From the NCBI GenBank assembly GCA_946965045.2, contig OX337234.1, positions 1,736,001 through 1,800,000 on the forward strand: 64,000 bases of DNA, given 5' to 3'. The DNA is from Epithemia pelagica. Its lineage: Eukaryota > Protista > Bacillariophyta. The notes under the pieces were generated by a model. It had not been told where the DNA came from. It made no database searches and saw only the letters and a program-made list of their open reading frames with translations. A program made the translations under genes and the position numbers. Shown piece after piece: positions 11,931 through 25,001 of the stretch (positions are counted from its first letter, which is position 1; every line of letters begins with the position of its first letter).

Positions 11931-14900
11931 ATGGAAGAATGGCAACGACCACTCACCTACATATTGCGTGAACAGTCCGACGTACCGGACGAGGCACGTG
12001 GCAAAACCTACGACACCATTGATGATGACCTCATTGCTATGTTCTCTCGAAAGTCGACTTATACTGGGAATCAACTCATTGATTGTGGTGTCAATGGTGG
12101 TTTAGCCGGAGCTGATATGCGTATCCTTTCCAAGACAGGTCGTAACATCACGATTGTGGGAATCGACAACCATGAACTTACTGGTCTCCCCATTGTCACT
12201 TGTGCTGCCAAGTTTGAAACTTATGATGGACCAATCGTTGGCATCTTCAACGAATATGCATACTATGGAAAAGGACAGTCTATACATGCGCCTTGTCAAT
12301 TGGAACATTATGGGCTATCTGTGGATGAACGTTCTGTCAAGGTGGATGGAAAGCAACGTATCACTACCCTTGATGGACGTGCTTTACCTCTATGTATCAA
12401 GGATGGACTTGCCTTTATCCACTCATTAGGTATCCCTTCTGATGATGACATGGACCGATTGCCGCAAATCATCTTTACTTCGCCATCTACTTGGGACCCC
12501 TCTGTTCTTGACCATACTCATTCAGATCCACAGCATGATGCTTCTACTACATGGCATCAGGTTGCGACCGATGGCAGTATGGCACGTTATCCATATGACA
12601 CGTATGTGGAGTACACTGATCGTGTTGTCTGCAATCTCAATCTTCTCCTTGACCTTCCTTATGACCACGGACCCGACAACACCACATATTTCTCTATCTA
12701 TGCTGATGCTAATGGTGAAGACCCAACCCTTCAACATGCGTCTGTCCATCGTCGTTATGTGGAAGAACATGATTGGAAACAATTTTGTCCCTTCTTTGGT
12801 TGGCAATCCGAGGAAGTTATTGCCGATACTTTCAAGCATACTACACGACATGCTAATGTGATTTTTGACTGTGACACTCTCAAGAAACATTTCAAGGCAC
12901 GCAACCCTATCCTGAATCTACCACGTCGTCATGAACCCGTTGCTACCGATTCGATCTTTTCTGATACACCTGCTGTTGATCATGGTGGAAAGGTGGCTCA
13001 AATTTTTGTTGGCCGCGATACTCTTGTCACTGATATTTACGGTATCAAGTCTACCAAGCAATTTGTGAACACTCTTCAAGACAATATACGCATGCGAGGT
13101 GCTATGGAGACACTCATTAGTGATGGGGGGTTCATCTCTCATTTCCCATAAGGTTAAGGATATCCTTCGCACCTTGCTCATCAAGGAGTATCGCTCTGAA
13201 CCATACCACCAGCATCAGAACAAAGCCGAGAATCGTTATCAGACCGTTAAACGAATGACGAACGCTATCATGAATGCAACTGGATGCCCGGCCAATGTTT
13301 GGTTACTTTGCCTTGAATATGTCTGTGACTTATTGAATCATTCTTCTTCACATGCACACTCTGGACGTACTCCTATTGAGGCTCTCACCGGTCACCCTCC
13401 CGACATTTCGCACCTCCTGTTCTTTCCCTTCTGGGATGAAGTCTACTATCGTGTTGACCCCTCCGAACCGTCGTCTGGTCCCTACCCTTCTTCGACCGAT
13501 GAGAAACTTGGCCATTGGGTTGGTTTTGCTCACAACGTTGGTGATGCTTTTACATGGAAGATTTTGTCTGCTGACAACCATATCCTCTACCATTCCGCTG
13601 TTCGCCGTGTCGCTTCCACTACACCCAACCTTCGTGTGGATCGACCTTCAGGGGAGACGTCTCCGAAAGATGACACTGATAAGCAGGCTGACACTGTCTT
13701 CATTCGCAGTAAAAGTGAAGATCCATCCAAACCAATGCCTACAATCGATTACGAAGACATGATAGGACGCACTTTCCTATGCGACACTGAAGAAAATGGG
13801 GAGCGTCATCGAGCACGCGTTGTCAAACAAGTTGTAGATCTTAATGAAGAATCACTCAAGCAAGAAGAACGCATCAAGTACATCTACCGCAAGACAAATT
13901 CTGACGTTGATGAAATGATCTCTTATAACCAGTTGATGGAGTATATTGAGAGGGACAATCAAGCGCAGACCTTGGGAGATAATTTGTTCCGTTTCAGGGA
14001 TGTTATTGCACATCAAGGCCCACTGTCTTCAATCGACCCGGATTATAAGGGGAGTAAGTATAACTTGCTTGTGGATTGGGAAACTGGGGAGACAACCTAT
14101 GAACCACTCTCCTTTATTGCCAACGACGACCCAATCACCGTTGCCATATATGGAAAGAAGCATGGGCTCCTCAACGAACCAGGATGGAAACACCTGAAAC
14201 GCTACGTCAAGACGAGTAAACGCCTGATACGTGCTGCAAAACAATCAAGGATCAAACAAGTACGTCGATCAGTCAAGTATAAGTTTGGATTCCAAGTCCC
14301 TCGAGATTACGCCGAGGCTGTCAATCTTGACAAACAAAATGGTACCACAAGGTGGCAAGACGCGACTGAATTGGAACTGTCTCAGATACAATCATATGAG
14401 ACATTCAAGGACCATGGGAAGGCCATCTTCACAAATGGCAAGGTATCAAATGCACCTGAGGGATATCAAAAGATTCGAGTGCATCTCGTTTTTGATGTGA
14501 AACATGATGGTAGGCACAAGGCACGACTTGTTGCAGATGGACACTTGACGAAGGAACCTGTGGAAACGATCTACTCTGGAGTTGTTTCTATTCGCAACCT
14601 ACGAATTGCTTTATTCCTTGGATCTCTGAACGATCTAGAAGTATGGGGAGCAGACATTGGGAATGCGTATCTTGAAGCATTGACTGGGGAGAAGTTATAT
14701 ATTGTGGCAGGACCCGAATTCAAGGAGCTAGAAGGTCACATCCTCATCATCTACAAGGCCCTCTATGGTCTCAAATCTTCAGGCGCACGATGGCATGATG
14801 TCCTTTTTGACGTCCTCACCGATATGGGTTTCTCACCAAGCAAGGCAGATCCTGACATTTGGATGAGAAAAGCACCTGGGGAGGATTGCTACGAATACAT

Positions 14901-15875
14901 CGCCGTATATGTGGATGACTTAGCCATCATAGCTACTGACCCTGGAAACATTTGCAAAGTCTTCAAGGAAAAGTACAACTTCAAGCTTAAGGGAGATGGA
15001 CCTATTGACTATCACCTGGGATGCCGGTACACCAAGGACCCTGACGGAACCCTAGTCTCTGATCCACGCCAATACATTAGCAAAATGATGGACACCTTCG
15101 AACGTATCTTCAAAGAGAAACCCAAGAAGGCTAAAACCCCTCTCATTGCTGGTGATCACCCGGAATTGGACGACACCGAACTCCTTGATGAAGAAGGTAC
15201 ACAGCACTTCCAGACCTTGATTGGACAGCTTCAGTGGGTGATTACAATTGGTCGCTTTGATGTTTTTACTGTTACGATGACCCTTTCCAGGTTCCACGCA
15301 GCTCCAAGACAGGGACATCTCAACAGAGCTAAACGCATCTATGGATACCTTTTCAATCTTTCTGATGGTGCAATCAGATTCCGAATCGGAGAGCCCGATT
15401 TCTCAAGCATTCCAAGTATCTCTTGAATGGGACACCAATTGATTGGTACAGCAAACGACAGAGCACTGTGGAAACGGCAACATATGGATCAGAATTTGTG
15501 GCAGCAAGGACAGCAGTCGACCAAATCACTGAATTACGGCATTCACTTCGTTACCTTGGAGTACCAATCAGGGATCGCAGTTATCTGTTTGGAGACAATC
15601 GATCTGTGGTTGTTAACGCAACAATGCCTCATTCTATCTTGTCCAAGAGACATCATCTCCTTTCATATCACCGGGTACGAGAAGCGATAGCAGCGCAATA
15701 CGTTGCATTCTATTGGAAGGATGGGAAGACCAACCCTGCCGACATCCTCAGCAAGCGTTGGGAGTTTGCAACTATTTGGCCTCTACTCAAGCCCCTATTG
15801 TTTTGGAGAGGAGAAGTTCAAGATCTCTACGAATCCAGCGATGACAAGGCTGAACCAACGAGCTGTGGGGAGTAG
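11931..15875 (+). pseudogene. Ty1/copia pol (gag remnant, protease, integrase, RT, RNase H), 5'-truncated
   Basis: PR LIDCGVNGGLAG; IN VATDSIFSD, LISDGG, NKAENRYQTVK; RT RHKARLVADG, ADIGNAYL, KALYGLKSSG, YVDDL; RNase H STVETATYGSEF, FGDNRSV, NPADILSK. +1 frameshift in a G6 run at ~13125-13130 and a deletion at ~15423 that removes the first RNase H Asp motif. Confidence 0.95.
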
Positions 15876-16647
15876 TAGAACTCTCACCGAAAATCATCGG
15901 TTAGGTTCGGCACCTCATCGGTTAGTCGAGTCCCGTGGCTTCAAACATCACCTACATCACCTACATCACCTACATCCACACTACATACCTAGCTTTGCGC
16001 TAGCTCAACATATATTTCGGTCGCATATACCAAAAAGTGAGAACAGATTGACAAACGTGCTATCAAGAATCAACTTTGGTCTTGATATCCCATCAACGGA
16101 CAATCATCCGTTGAACATCCGAGCCTGACCTATGCCCTAAGCGTGCGCGCCCAAATTCGTCAAGACGCGCGCAAGAACTATCCGAGCGTGGCGACCATGT
16201 ATCCGACCCAACGGTCTAAGTACACAAGGCACGAATCACGATCACGCGAGACCATATCATCGTTCCCACTTTTTCAAGATTGCAAACAAGGACGCCCCAA
16301 CAAAACTACATATACCAACTTTAGCCAAGAATCGTTGAGGCTGTATATGATATACAAGCACATATACATGTTATATACCTCACATACATCAACTCCAACC
16401 ATTCCAGTCCTACCACCGCCAAGAACCTATTTCACACGATCGACAACAAGAATGGAAACCTCACACACCAAACCTAGTAGTAAGCTCACAATCATTAACA
16501 TTACCATATCATCACGTCTTCAGTGTCCTGACTATCCCTACGATAGAACCCTTGGGTTTCCTTTGTTCTCTGACCCGTGGAGAACATTGGTATCAGTTGG
16601 TAATCGATTGTGGCTCTTCTAGAGCGTGTATTGATGAATCTCTACTA
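15873..16647 (+). mobile_element. 3' LTR (775 bp) of the plus-strand copia
   Basis: Directly follows the polypurine tract GGGGAG at the end of pol; bounded by the 7-bp inverted repeat TAGTAGA (15873) / TCTACTA (16641-16647). No 5' partner found in the window. Confidence 0.7.
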
Positions 16648-17799
16648 ATTGGAAGATGAAAACCTCCATGAGCCATGGCCATATTTGCGCGCAATGGTCT
16701 ATTCGTGTGCAATGGTCTATTCACCAGCATTGTCAGGAACAAAGAAAACGATCAGTGTGATGAACACACAGATTTGTGTTTGCCTCATCAAGGTCTTTCC
16801 GGATGGTGTCACTTTTTCCTTTCATGCTGTGCGCAACAGGACTAAGGTGGTATCATTGTTGGATAAATTTGAAGGAATTCTAGGGTTGAAAACTAAATTT
16901 ATGAAGTTGGTCACGTCAGGTTCCTCGACCACCCCCATCTCTCATGAGGACTTCCTTTGTGGAAACACAGACAACCATGTTGAATTCACACTGACGATGA
17001 TTGTCACGTTTGACAATAACACAGAACCCAGCAATTATGATGACATGTCCTACAATGACCTCAGGAACAAGATGGGGAGAGGCACGTCGAAGGTGGGCAC
17101 GGTTGTTATCTGTGAGAAAGGGATTTACGGTGGTGAGGACATGAAAGAGAGTAACGAAGGGCAGATGAGGAAGTACATAAGGGTTGGCGTGGAAGGGAAG
17201 GAAGCACCGGCATGTTGGGGTGCTGTTGGAGGGTGTAGGAAGGGAAAGACAGAGTTCACGGGTGGACTCAGGGTAGAAACGTGGTGAGGTGTGGGGAGGT
17301 GTTTTAGGATATGTGGGGTGTGGAAGAGCGTCGGAGGGTGGCTCCAAGGGTTTGGGTGGGACATGCAGTGGAGGATGTGCCGGGAGGAGAGAAGGTGGTC
17401 ACGAGGAAGGACCTGGCGGGGAGCTCATGTGGCGTACAAATTTGGTTGTAGGTTGAAGCATGGGGCGAACACGGTAATGGTTGCCCACGTTCTTGATTAG
17501 AGTCGCCCTATGTTCTTGATTAGAGTCGCCCTAAACTCCTCGACCGCCGCCTCCACCTGAGGGTCGGGGGTCCTTGAATTCAGGCCCAAAAGCCACTCAA
17601 TCACCGCAATAATCCCGAGGGTAGCTTCCCCAGCCGACTTGCTGACACTCTTCTTCTCTGTTGCTTGAAATTCTCGAGGAAAGAATTGGAATGACAATTC
17701 GTTGTGGATCAGTATCCAGCAATCCAGGAGAGTTCACACCATTTATGTTGGGTGGGGGCTTTTTCCTTGAAGCAGTGTTTGCTAAGATCATGAATTCTT

Positions 17800-18540
17800 C
17801 AAGGCTCTTTACCGGGTTCGAAACCCAGTGTAGTGGATTGTCGCTTCCATTTTGCAAGGGCGACAACCTTCATGAATTCATGAAGCGCCTTGACAAAATG
17901 TTGGTATTGCGTGGAATGGACACCATCGCGTACATTCCCGACCTGGTGCAGAGCAATCGCATGCGCCACATCGTGAAAGAGCACACTCGATTCACGCTCA
18001 CCCACGTCAAACAAGGAAACTCAAAGAACACCCAACACTTCGATCCTTACGACATGGAAAATGACACAGTCGCACGAATGTACGAATGTGTCTTCTCAAT
18101 TTGGTTGAATTGAAGCTCTGCAAGACCCTGGTGACGAAGACAACCGCACAAGACAACCGCACAAGACTCTTTTGTTTTCACCTTAATGACGCTGATTAGC
18201 ATTCTCCAGTCCGACGCAGTCAACAAATACGACACCCTTGCGACCCAAATTTCCAGCCGAACGCCATTTTTGTACCTTGGACAGAACATCACAGAGATGT
18301 CCGCCCACATGAAGACAGATTGCAAAGACCATCGCTTTCTCACAACCTTTTGTGATGCAGTTATGGATGAATGACGTCCAGGTTTCGGACCAACCGAAAT
18401 ACCTGACTGACAATCCAGATGCATCGACACATGCACTGGTTCTCAAGGATTCAGACGACGAGGATTATGTGATACCCCTTGATTTGCATGGAGTTACGTC
18501 CTACTTTCCTACGAGGACCCCCACTTCTGAAGAATTTGCT
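17800..18540 (+). pseudogene. Copia gag and post-protease fragments
   Basis: LRGMDTIAYIPDLVQSNRMRHIVKEHTRFT...FDPYDMENDTVAR aligns by eye with HGMDSIAYLHNP...IVTEHPKYT...YNKYDRNNDVSAR in the 36197..41773 gag; DQPKYL...YVIPLDLHGVTSYFPTRTPT follows. Confidence 0.7.
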
Positions 18541-20107
18541 TCGTGCCATCGCTCTGTTTTCATCTGGCGGATTCAAACAATCCACTGTTGAGGTGAAGGT
18601 ATTAGTTTTCTTGTAGTTGGTGGTGGGTCTCTGTCCGGATGGCTTCTACTTGTGGTGGTGTGAGTGTTGCTGTGGGCATGTGTGCATCGGCCGCTCGTTG
18701 TGCGAGATGATGCCAGTTGGGCAGTCGTGATACCGGAAGCGCGATACCAGTGTAAATGCCCCCTCATTGTCCTGATTTCCACTATTTTCATCCACTTCTT
18801 TAGTTGCAAGAGCCATTTTTCATTTTCCTAGTTGTCCTTTTCGTAACTTCAACTGCAGCAAGTTTTCTTGTATCAACGAAAATTTCTTCCACTCCAAAAT
18901 TTCTGATAGATTTCATCTGGGAGATGATGGAGTCAGATGCTGCAGACCACCAGCCTGCCGAAGGAGGTAGAGTCTAATTGCTCATTGTGGTACTGGATGA
19001 GGCCGAAGCTTCCAGCACCGCTCAAAGTCAGTGAGTCGTCATTACTCGTGTTCAAAGCACAGCTCATATGCCCCAATTCGCGCTTATAGTACTTGGAAGA
19101 CAGCCACACTGACGGCATGCTACTGCTTGTCATGTAGATAGACCCATGATTGATAGTACGCTAGTGCTTGCCATAGAAGTAGTCCCATGCATTCTCCAAA
19201 TCAATCACATCGGGATATTCTTCCTATCTACACTGGACATGGTCGGGTTGTCCTATCCGAAAGAAAACAAGTTGCAACCGAAAAGTGCTGGAGAGAGGAA
19301 GCCACAAGAAACAAGAAGCAAGAACACACAGATTCTCACTAGTGGATAGGAAGGTAAAAAGGGTGGTACAGAATATAAATAGATTGGCTACGCGCCCTAT
19401 TCTACTTCTTTTTAGACTTGATTTATAACTTCAGAAGGGAAAGAATATTCTTGAGCCCCGGAGAGCCACTCTCACCTTCTCTCCTACATTGTGCGACGGC
19501 GCTTTTCTAATAAAGACGAAAGAATACTAAGACGACTTGAAATTTGACAACCACTGACATGTTAGAGACCAAGATGGAGCACCAAAGGTAATATGTTTCT
19601 AGAAAATTACTCCAACGCAAGACGCTTTTCCAACATACGTTAATGAAAAACCTCAAGTTTGGAGTGACGAAGCAAATAAATTACCCTCCGAAAAGGATTT
19701 ATCATGCAAATAGAAAATGAGCATGCCAAGAACGAGAAGAAATAGAAGAAAACAATGAAATATTACAATGTAACGAAACGCTACCAGCTCGAACGACAGC
19801 ACAGCGGATGACCAGGCCGTGGAACAGATGTACAATATAACTCTTCAAAGTCTTGTAGGCTTGTTTGATTTATACACAGTGCTTCGCAATGTTGCGGAGG
19901 AACTTTGTTTCTGATTTCTTTGTCACGGATGACAAATATAGTCCTATCCTATTGATAGATGATCGATATGTCCAATGATGATGAAGTAAAGTTAAGAACT
20001 CGATCTCTTAAAGAAACTTGACTATGTTCCATCTGGTCAAAAAGCACACCTACAACTCTCGCATTCCCAAGGTTGTTGCTCCTCCACGCTGTTTTCATCG
20101 GAACGTC

Positions 20108-20276
20108 TGGTCTGGTCTTTTCCAACGACTAAGGGGATACCCCTTGAAACGTTCAATTAACTCAGGTATGGAGTCGTTGTCATGTCATGTGTGGTCTGGT
20201 CTTTTCCAACGACTAAGGGGATACCCCTTGAAACGTTCAATTAACTCAGGTATGGAGTCGTTGTCATGTCATGTGT
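20108..20276. repeat. Two-copy tandem duplication, 84-bp unit
   Basis: tggtctggtcttttccaacgac...gtcatgtcatgtg at 20108 and 20192. Confidence 0.9.
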
Positions 20277-21066
20277 TTCCCTCGTCCGAAACTTACCTTC
20301 GTGTTGATTCCAATTTAATGAGACGCAAAATCAATGAAACAGGTATGATTCGGTTTGATACGCCAATCCCACGTTGCTCGATGGTAAATTTGGGAAGCCC
20401 TTGAAGCGGAATCATACCTCCAACTCCAACTGCAATTGATTCATATGTACAATAAAAGCCATTCTTTACATGTGATTTGTGCAAGCAAGGATATGGTTTT
20501 GGAGGTTTACGAAGCACTTAAAGTTAGGGTTAGGGTTACACCCAAACAACAGTGATTCAGAATCGATCAATAGCAAGCAAACCAACAATCAACCAGAGAT
20601 TCAAAGAGAGTGACTCGGAATCGAACAGCACGCAGACCAACAATCAACCAGAGAACCAGAGTTTCAAAGGGGAATTGGCAAGAATAAAAGAGAGAGACTA
20701 CCACCGCCAAACACCAGTGACTCGGAATCATTCAACAGCAAGCAAAACAAGAATAGGCAGAAGAGGCAGTGACTCGAATCCAATCAGCAACCAACAATCA
20801 AACTGTTAGTGCTGGGCAACACGGAGCCTCACATTTTTCTGCTCACATTTTTCTTCTGACAGCACGCGCGCACCGAGTATAAAATTCCCGGTCTGTCTAT
20901 CTCTCGTCAACTCAGCCTGGAGAAGAACTTACTTTTTATTTTTTGCAAACTTCGTTCCTATTTGTGCAGAAAATTTGTTTCTCCTGCATCCTGTGCATTG
21001 GCGGAATAATCAGTCAGTGCCGACAATGAGTGAAGACGACCGGACATTGCATTCTCAGTAAGGCAA

Positions 21067-21315
21067 GTGGCTAGATTCAATAATGCACCCAAAAAGAGTC
21101 ACGCTGCAGCAGTGAAGAAAGTTAGGTATCTAGCAAGAACAAGAGACAAGGGAACCATCTTCACTCCAACTAAAGATTTTAAGCTAGACTGCTACGTCGA
21201 CGCTGATTTTGCAGGACTGAACGGGCGAGAACCACAAGACAATCATAAGTGCAAAATCAAGAACTGGGTATATCCTGTCTTTTTCTGTGGATGCCCTTTG
21301 TTTTGGAAATCCCAA
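21067..21315 (+). pseudogene. Ty1/copia RT-RNase H junction fragment
   Basis: ARFNNAPKKSHAAAVKKVRYL...LDCYVDADFAG...CPLFWKSQL. Confidence 0.85.
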
Positions 21316-22624
21316 CTCAGAGCACAACCCATTCTCCAACCCAACGAAAAGTGCTGGATGCAGATGGTAGAGAGTCCCACCTTCTACGTACTGTTTGTTT
21401 GCGGGCATGCGTCCTGTCTCGCACAACATAAATTGAGAAAGCTTCCAGGATCGGATGAAATCAAACATGTATATGGTATTGGGGTATGTGTAATGAGAAC
21501 GTGTTGCATACACTTTGGAAAGACTCTGATGTGTGCCCGAGAGCACAGACTCCAGATGGAAAGGGAAGAAGCTCGACAGAGAAACACTGTATGAAACTAC
21601 AAATAATGAGGAACTCTACTATAGTTGATGACATGTAAGTTTTACAACACTTTCTTGACCAAAGTGTCGGTGGCATGCTCCTCCTCCTTGTTGTTCTCAG
21701 CGTTACCAGTGTTGAGCATCTTGTTTAACTAGTTGAAGAAGTGTCGAGGCTCCTACTTAGCTCATCTTGACAGTAATGAGCATTGGTTGAATTGTGATCA
21801 CCGTGTTTAGGGATTGTTGTGTCTCAATCACAATCTTGTTCTTCACCACATTGCCCACAACCAACAACAACCTCCAGACCGCCCCGGCCGACACTTCTCC
21901 AGCCCAACCCCATGATCTTCCCGAAACCCACCAACAACCCGATCCAAACACCAACACCCCTAGACCGGCCTCCCCAGACGACACAACCCATCCACACCTC
22001 CCACTACTGCCAACAACACCACCACAAACAACAAACCAACCGACAACCATTACAATGTCCTCACCGTCGACTCGGATGAAAAAAACAAAGCCAGACACAA
22101 GCCTCGAATCCCTTCCACCCACTTTTTGCAAGACACCCACGAACTTGAACTCCTTAATGACTATATCCGCAGCAACAGTCCCGCCGTCTTTGACACATAG
22201 GTCTTTTCCCAAGTAGCAGAGGTGTTCTTGTTGTCGGCGCGCTCGAGAATCTCGATCAGCTCTCTGCAAATCCTCTCTTGAACTGCACATGCGCAGCGCT
22301 CTCAACCAACGGATCGTGCGCAGTGGGTGGGCACGCGATAATACATGGCCAGAAATAAACAGGCTGGGTGGGCTGGTGTGGGGTCTTGATGCGCATGTCA
22401 TACGACTCGAGCATGCCATGTTCACCATTGCCAATTTCGAAACTGACTGGCTGCAGGTATCCTGATTCTTCTACGCCCCCTTTTTGAAGCTTTAGATACA
22501 CAACAATAAACCCTTCCTTCGGACCACACTGTTCAAGATGAACCTCCGTCACCTGTGGAAGACGGCGACTCCGAACTGGAAGTATTGACTTGGCCAAAAA
22601 GAATACCGTTGTGTAAATGTATAG

Positions 22625-23343
22625 AGTTAAGGGTGGGTAGAAAGCTAACTCTAGACGATAGGGTTAGATACAAAAGTTTCTCTAGGTCAACCTATATGCA
22701 CAATAGACGATGGGGCCCTCACCTTCTATCAGCGTAATAGGTCGACTTCTCCGTTACAAAACAAGTTTGGTTATCAAACTGGATGTTTATAAAGAAGTGA
22801 GATTAAACTAAAGATTGTGTTTTTCATCTTGAGATGGTTTGGCTCCTCTCGGGTCGTTCGGTCATCATCCCCCAAAATCTAGTCGTACATGAGCAACATA
22901 TTCCTTACTTCAGTGGACAAGTACTACGGAGCTACGATTAGTAGGGACTAATAGAACTTGTTCTACTTCATAGAGGAATGTGTTCCATCTTGGGTTGGAT
23001 CTCCTGTTGATGAAGATCAAGTTCTATTCTCGACGATCACGTTCTTTTCTCGATCTTCGATTTATGTAGCCTTTACTTCCGAGTGTAGCTCGTCCAGCGT
23101 ACATCTCTTCCGAATAGTAGAGGGCATAGTTATTCTTATTCACAAATTCCTGTTGCGGGTCCATCTGTCCGTTCAACGGCCTACTTCTATTTAAGTACAC
23201 GGAATGAATCTTAGATACACGTCAAGGTTTTGTGTCACATACAGCGGTTTGTAACAGATGTCTCAAACATGGACGATAAGCTAGGTGTGCTAGCTGGACT
23301 AGTTGATCGGATACAGACGTTGTAGAATAGCTATGTCTTAACT
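22625..23343 (-). mobile_element. 3' LTR (719 bp)
   Basis: Matches 41983-42702 except one T/C substitution and a 1-bp G indel; on the minus strand it is preceded by the polypurine tract GAGAGGGAG (23344-23352). Confidence 0.95.
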
Positions 23344-23518
23344 CTCCCTCTCATGGAGTGATTTCTCAAATTGCGATATGCCTCGAGATGTCGGAGAACA
23401 GAGAGAGAGAAAGACGTTACCATCCTTGATTAAGTTTTCGGCAGCGTTCGAAGAGGTCACGGGCTTGACACTTTGTAAAGTAATCGGCTCGTTGTTCTTC
23501 TGTGCTCACCATGCTGAC

Positions 23519-24900
23519 CTAAGTTCCTCCAGGGTGATCGCCAACATGTTCCCAAAAGAAATGAAGGAAGGTATTGAAATGTTTTGTTCTGGGCGTCAAC
23601 CTTTGCTTCGTGGCAAGATAGAAGGCACCAGAATTATCTTCGAATACCTCTGAGTAGATTGTAGGCTTCTCGAATGGAAGGTCCAGATTAGTCAATAGCT
23701 CCTCCACTACACGTCGGGTAGCTATGACACTACGCATGGCTTGTGAGAGGGCGTTGTACTCGGCTTGGAGAGTACTTAGGGCTACTGACGACTGGAGCTG
23801 GGAACGCCAAATTAAAGGGCACCCATGTAGTCCTGTAGCTTCGATTATTTTGTTGATCAGGCCCTTTTGGGTCATCGTAATTGACTTGGTCTTTTCGTCA
23901 TGTACAAAATTAATGCCTAAGTAGTCGGTGAAGTTTCCTTCCTTTTGCAAAGATAGTCCTTTCTCTTTTAGCCGTTCAATAAGGTCGTCTACAAGTTTCA
24001 TTGTAGGGGCACATACACCACAGTCATCTACCCAAAGAAAGATAATTATGTCTTTCTTGTACAGTAGGCATTTATCATGCTTGCTCATTTGGAAACCACC
24101 TAAGGCACATAGTTCCAGGTGATAATGATCTAAAACCTCTTGGGAGGTGAATCCAGACAGGTTCATGGAGTGTTGCTTGCACGAATGCATTGTTGAAGTC
24201 GATGCAAGCAAGCTCCCATCCTAGAACTAGACTAAGGACAAGTACTATTCGAATTGTGCTCCAATTGACACAACAGGAGAGTAATTTTCTTCTTCGTTCT
24301 CCTGTAGGTCTCCTCGTACACAGTACCTAGCTTTGTATTTTCGTATCTCGCCATCTGGAGAGCGCTTTCTTTTGAAGACCCATGTTCCAGGTAGGATTCT
24401 TGTAGTTGCCTCGGATTTCGGCACTTCCGTCTCCCTTCTAGTTCCCTAATCTCATTTTCGGCCGCTTCTTTCCACCTATCTATGTCGTTATCTCGCATCG
24501 CTTCGTCGTAGCTTAATGTGTCCGGGTCGGAAATCGACGCTTTCATCATTGAAAGCAGATCGTTAGGCTGATAGGATGGAGCTAGAGAGGCTAGGTTGGC
24601 ATCCTGTACATAACGTTGTGGTGGACGGATAGTTCTTCCGGAGCGTCGGCTGGTTCTAAAAGTACTAGGTGGAGTCGGTTCCGGTGGAGGTTGCTCGCGC
24701 TTAGGAGTGACAGATTTTAAGGGGGTCATAACAGGGGGTGAAGGAGGATCCTGCTCTGCGATTGGCGTTAAGACGGTGTTCTCCCTCTGAGGAAGGGGCA
24801 CTGCAACAGGGGTGTGTGGAACTCCCTCTGAAGGCTGTGTCGGTTCCGCTACGGGAGCAGAGTGAGAAGAAACAGGAGGCAAAATGGGAGGGGGGGAGGG
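23519..24900 (-). pseudogene. Copia RT and RNase H, frameshifted and internally deleted
   Basis: DPDTLSYDEAM, ILPGTWVFKRKRSPDG.IRKYKARYCVRGD, IDFNNAFVQA, LWVDDC, CPLIWRSQLQ..VALSTLQAEY, VFEDNSGA, RTKHF. The KSLYGL motif and the RNase H YxDAD motif are missing. Confidence 0.9.
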
Positions 24901-25001
24901 GTGCAGTTTTCTAAGGCAGCGATCTGATTGGTGCCTTTTCCCCCCTGTCACTATCCTCCAACTGTCAACCAACTGTCGGATCAACACTAATTTGCCGACG
25001 A

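Noticed and set aside
16588-16596. TGGTATCAG resembling a tRNA-iMet PBS, implying a tandem LTR element
   Set aside because: It lies inside the LTR as delimited by the TAGTAGA/TCTACTA inverted repeat, no gag follows directly, and the match stops at 9 nt.
20524-20538. TTAGGGTTAGGGTTA telomere-like motif
   Set aside because: Only 2.5 units; too short to claim a telomere-healing or fusion site.
22958-23194. 78-aa ORF repeated at 42316..42552
   Set aside because: It lies inside the LTR, antisense to the element, and has no recognisable motif; the repetition only reflects LTR identity.
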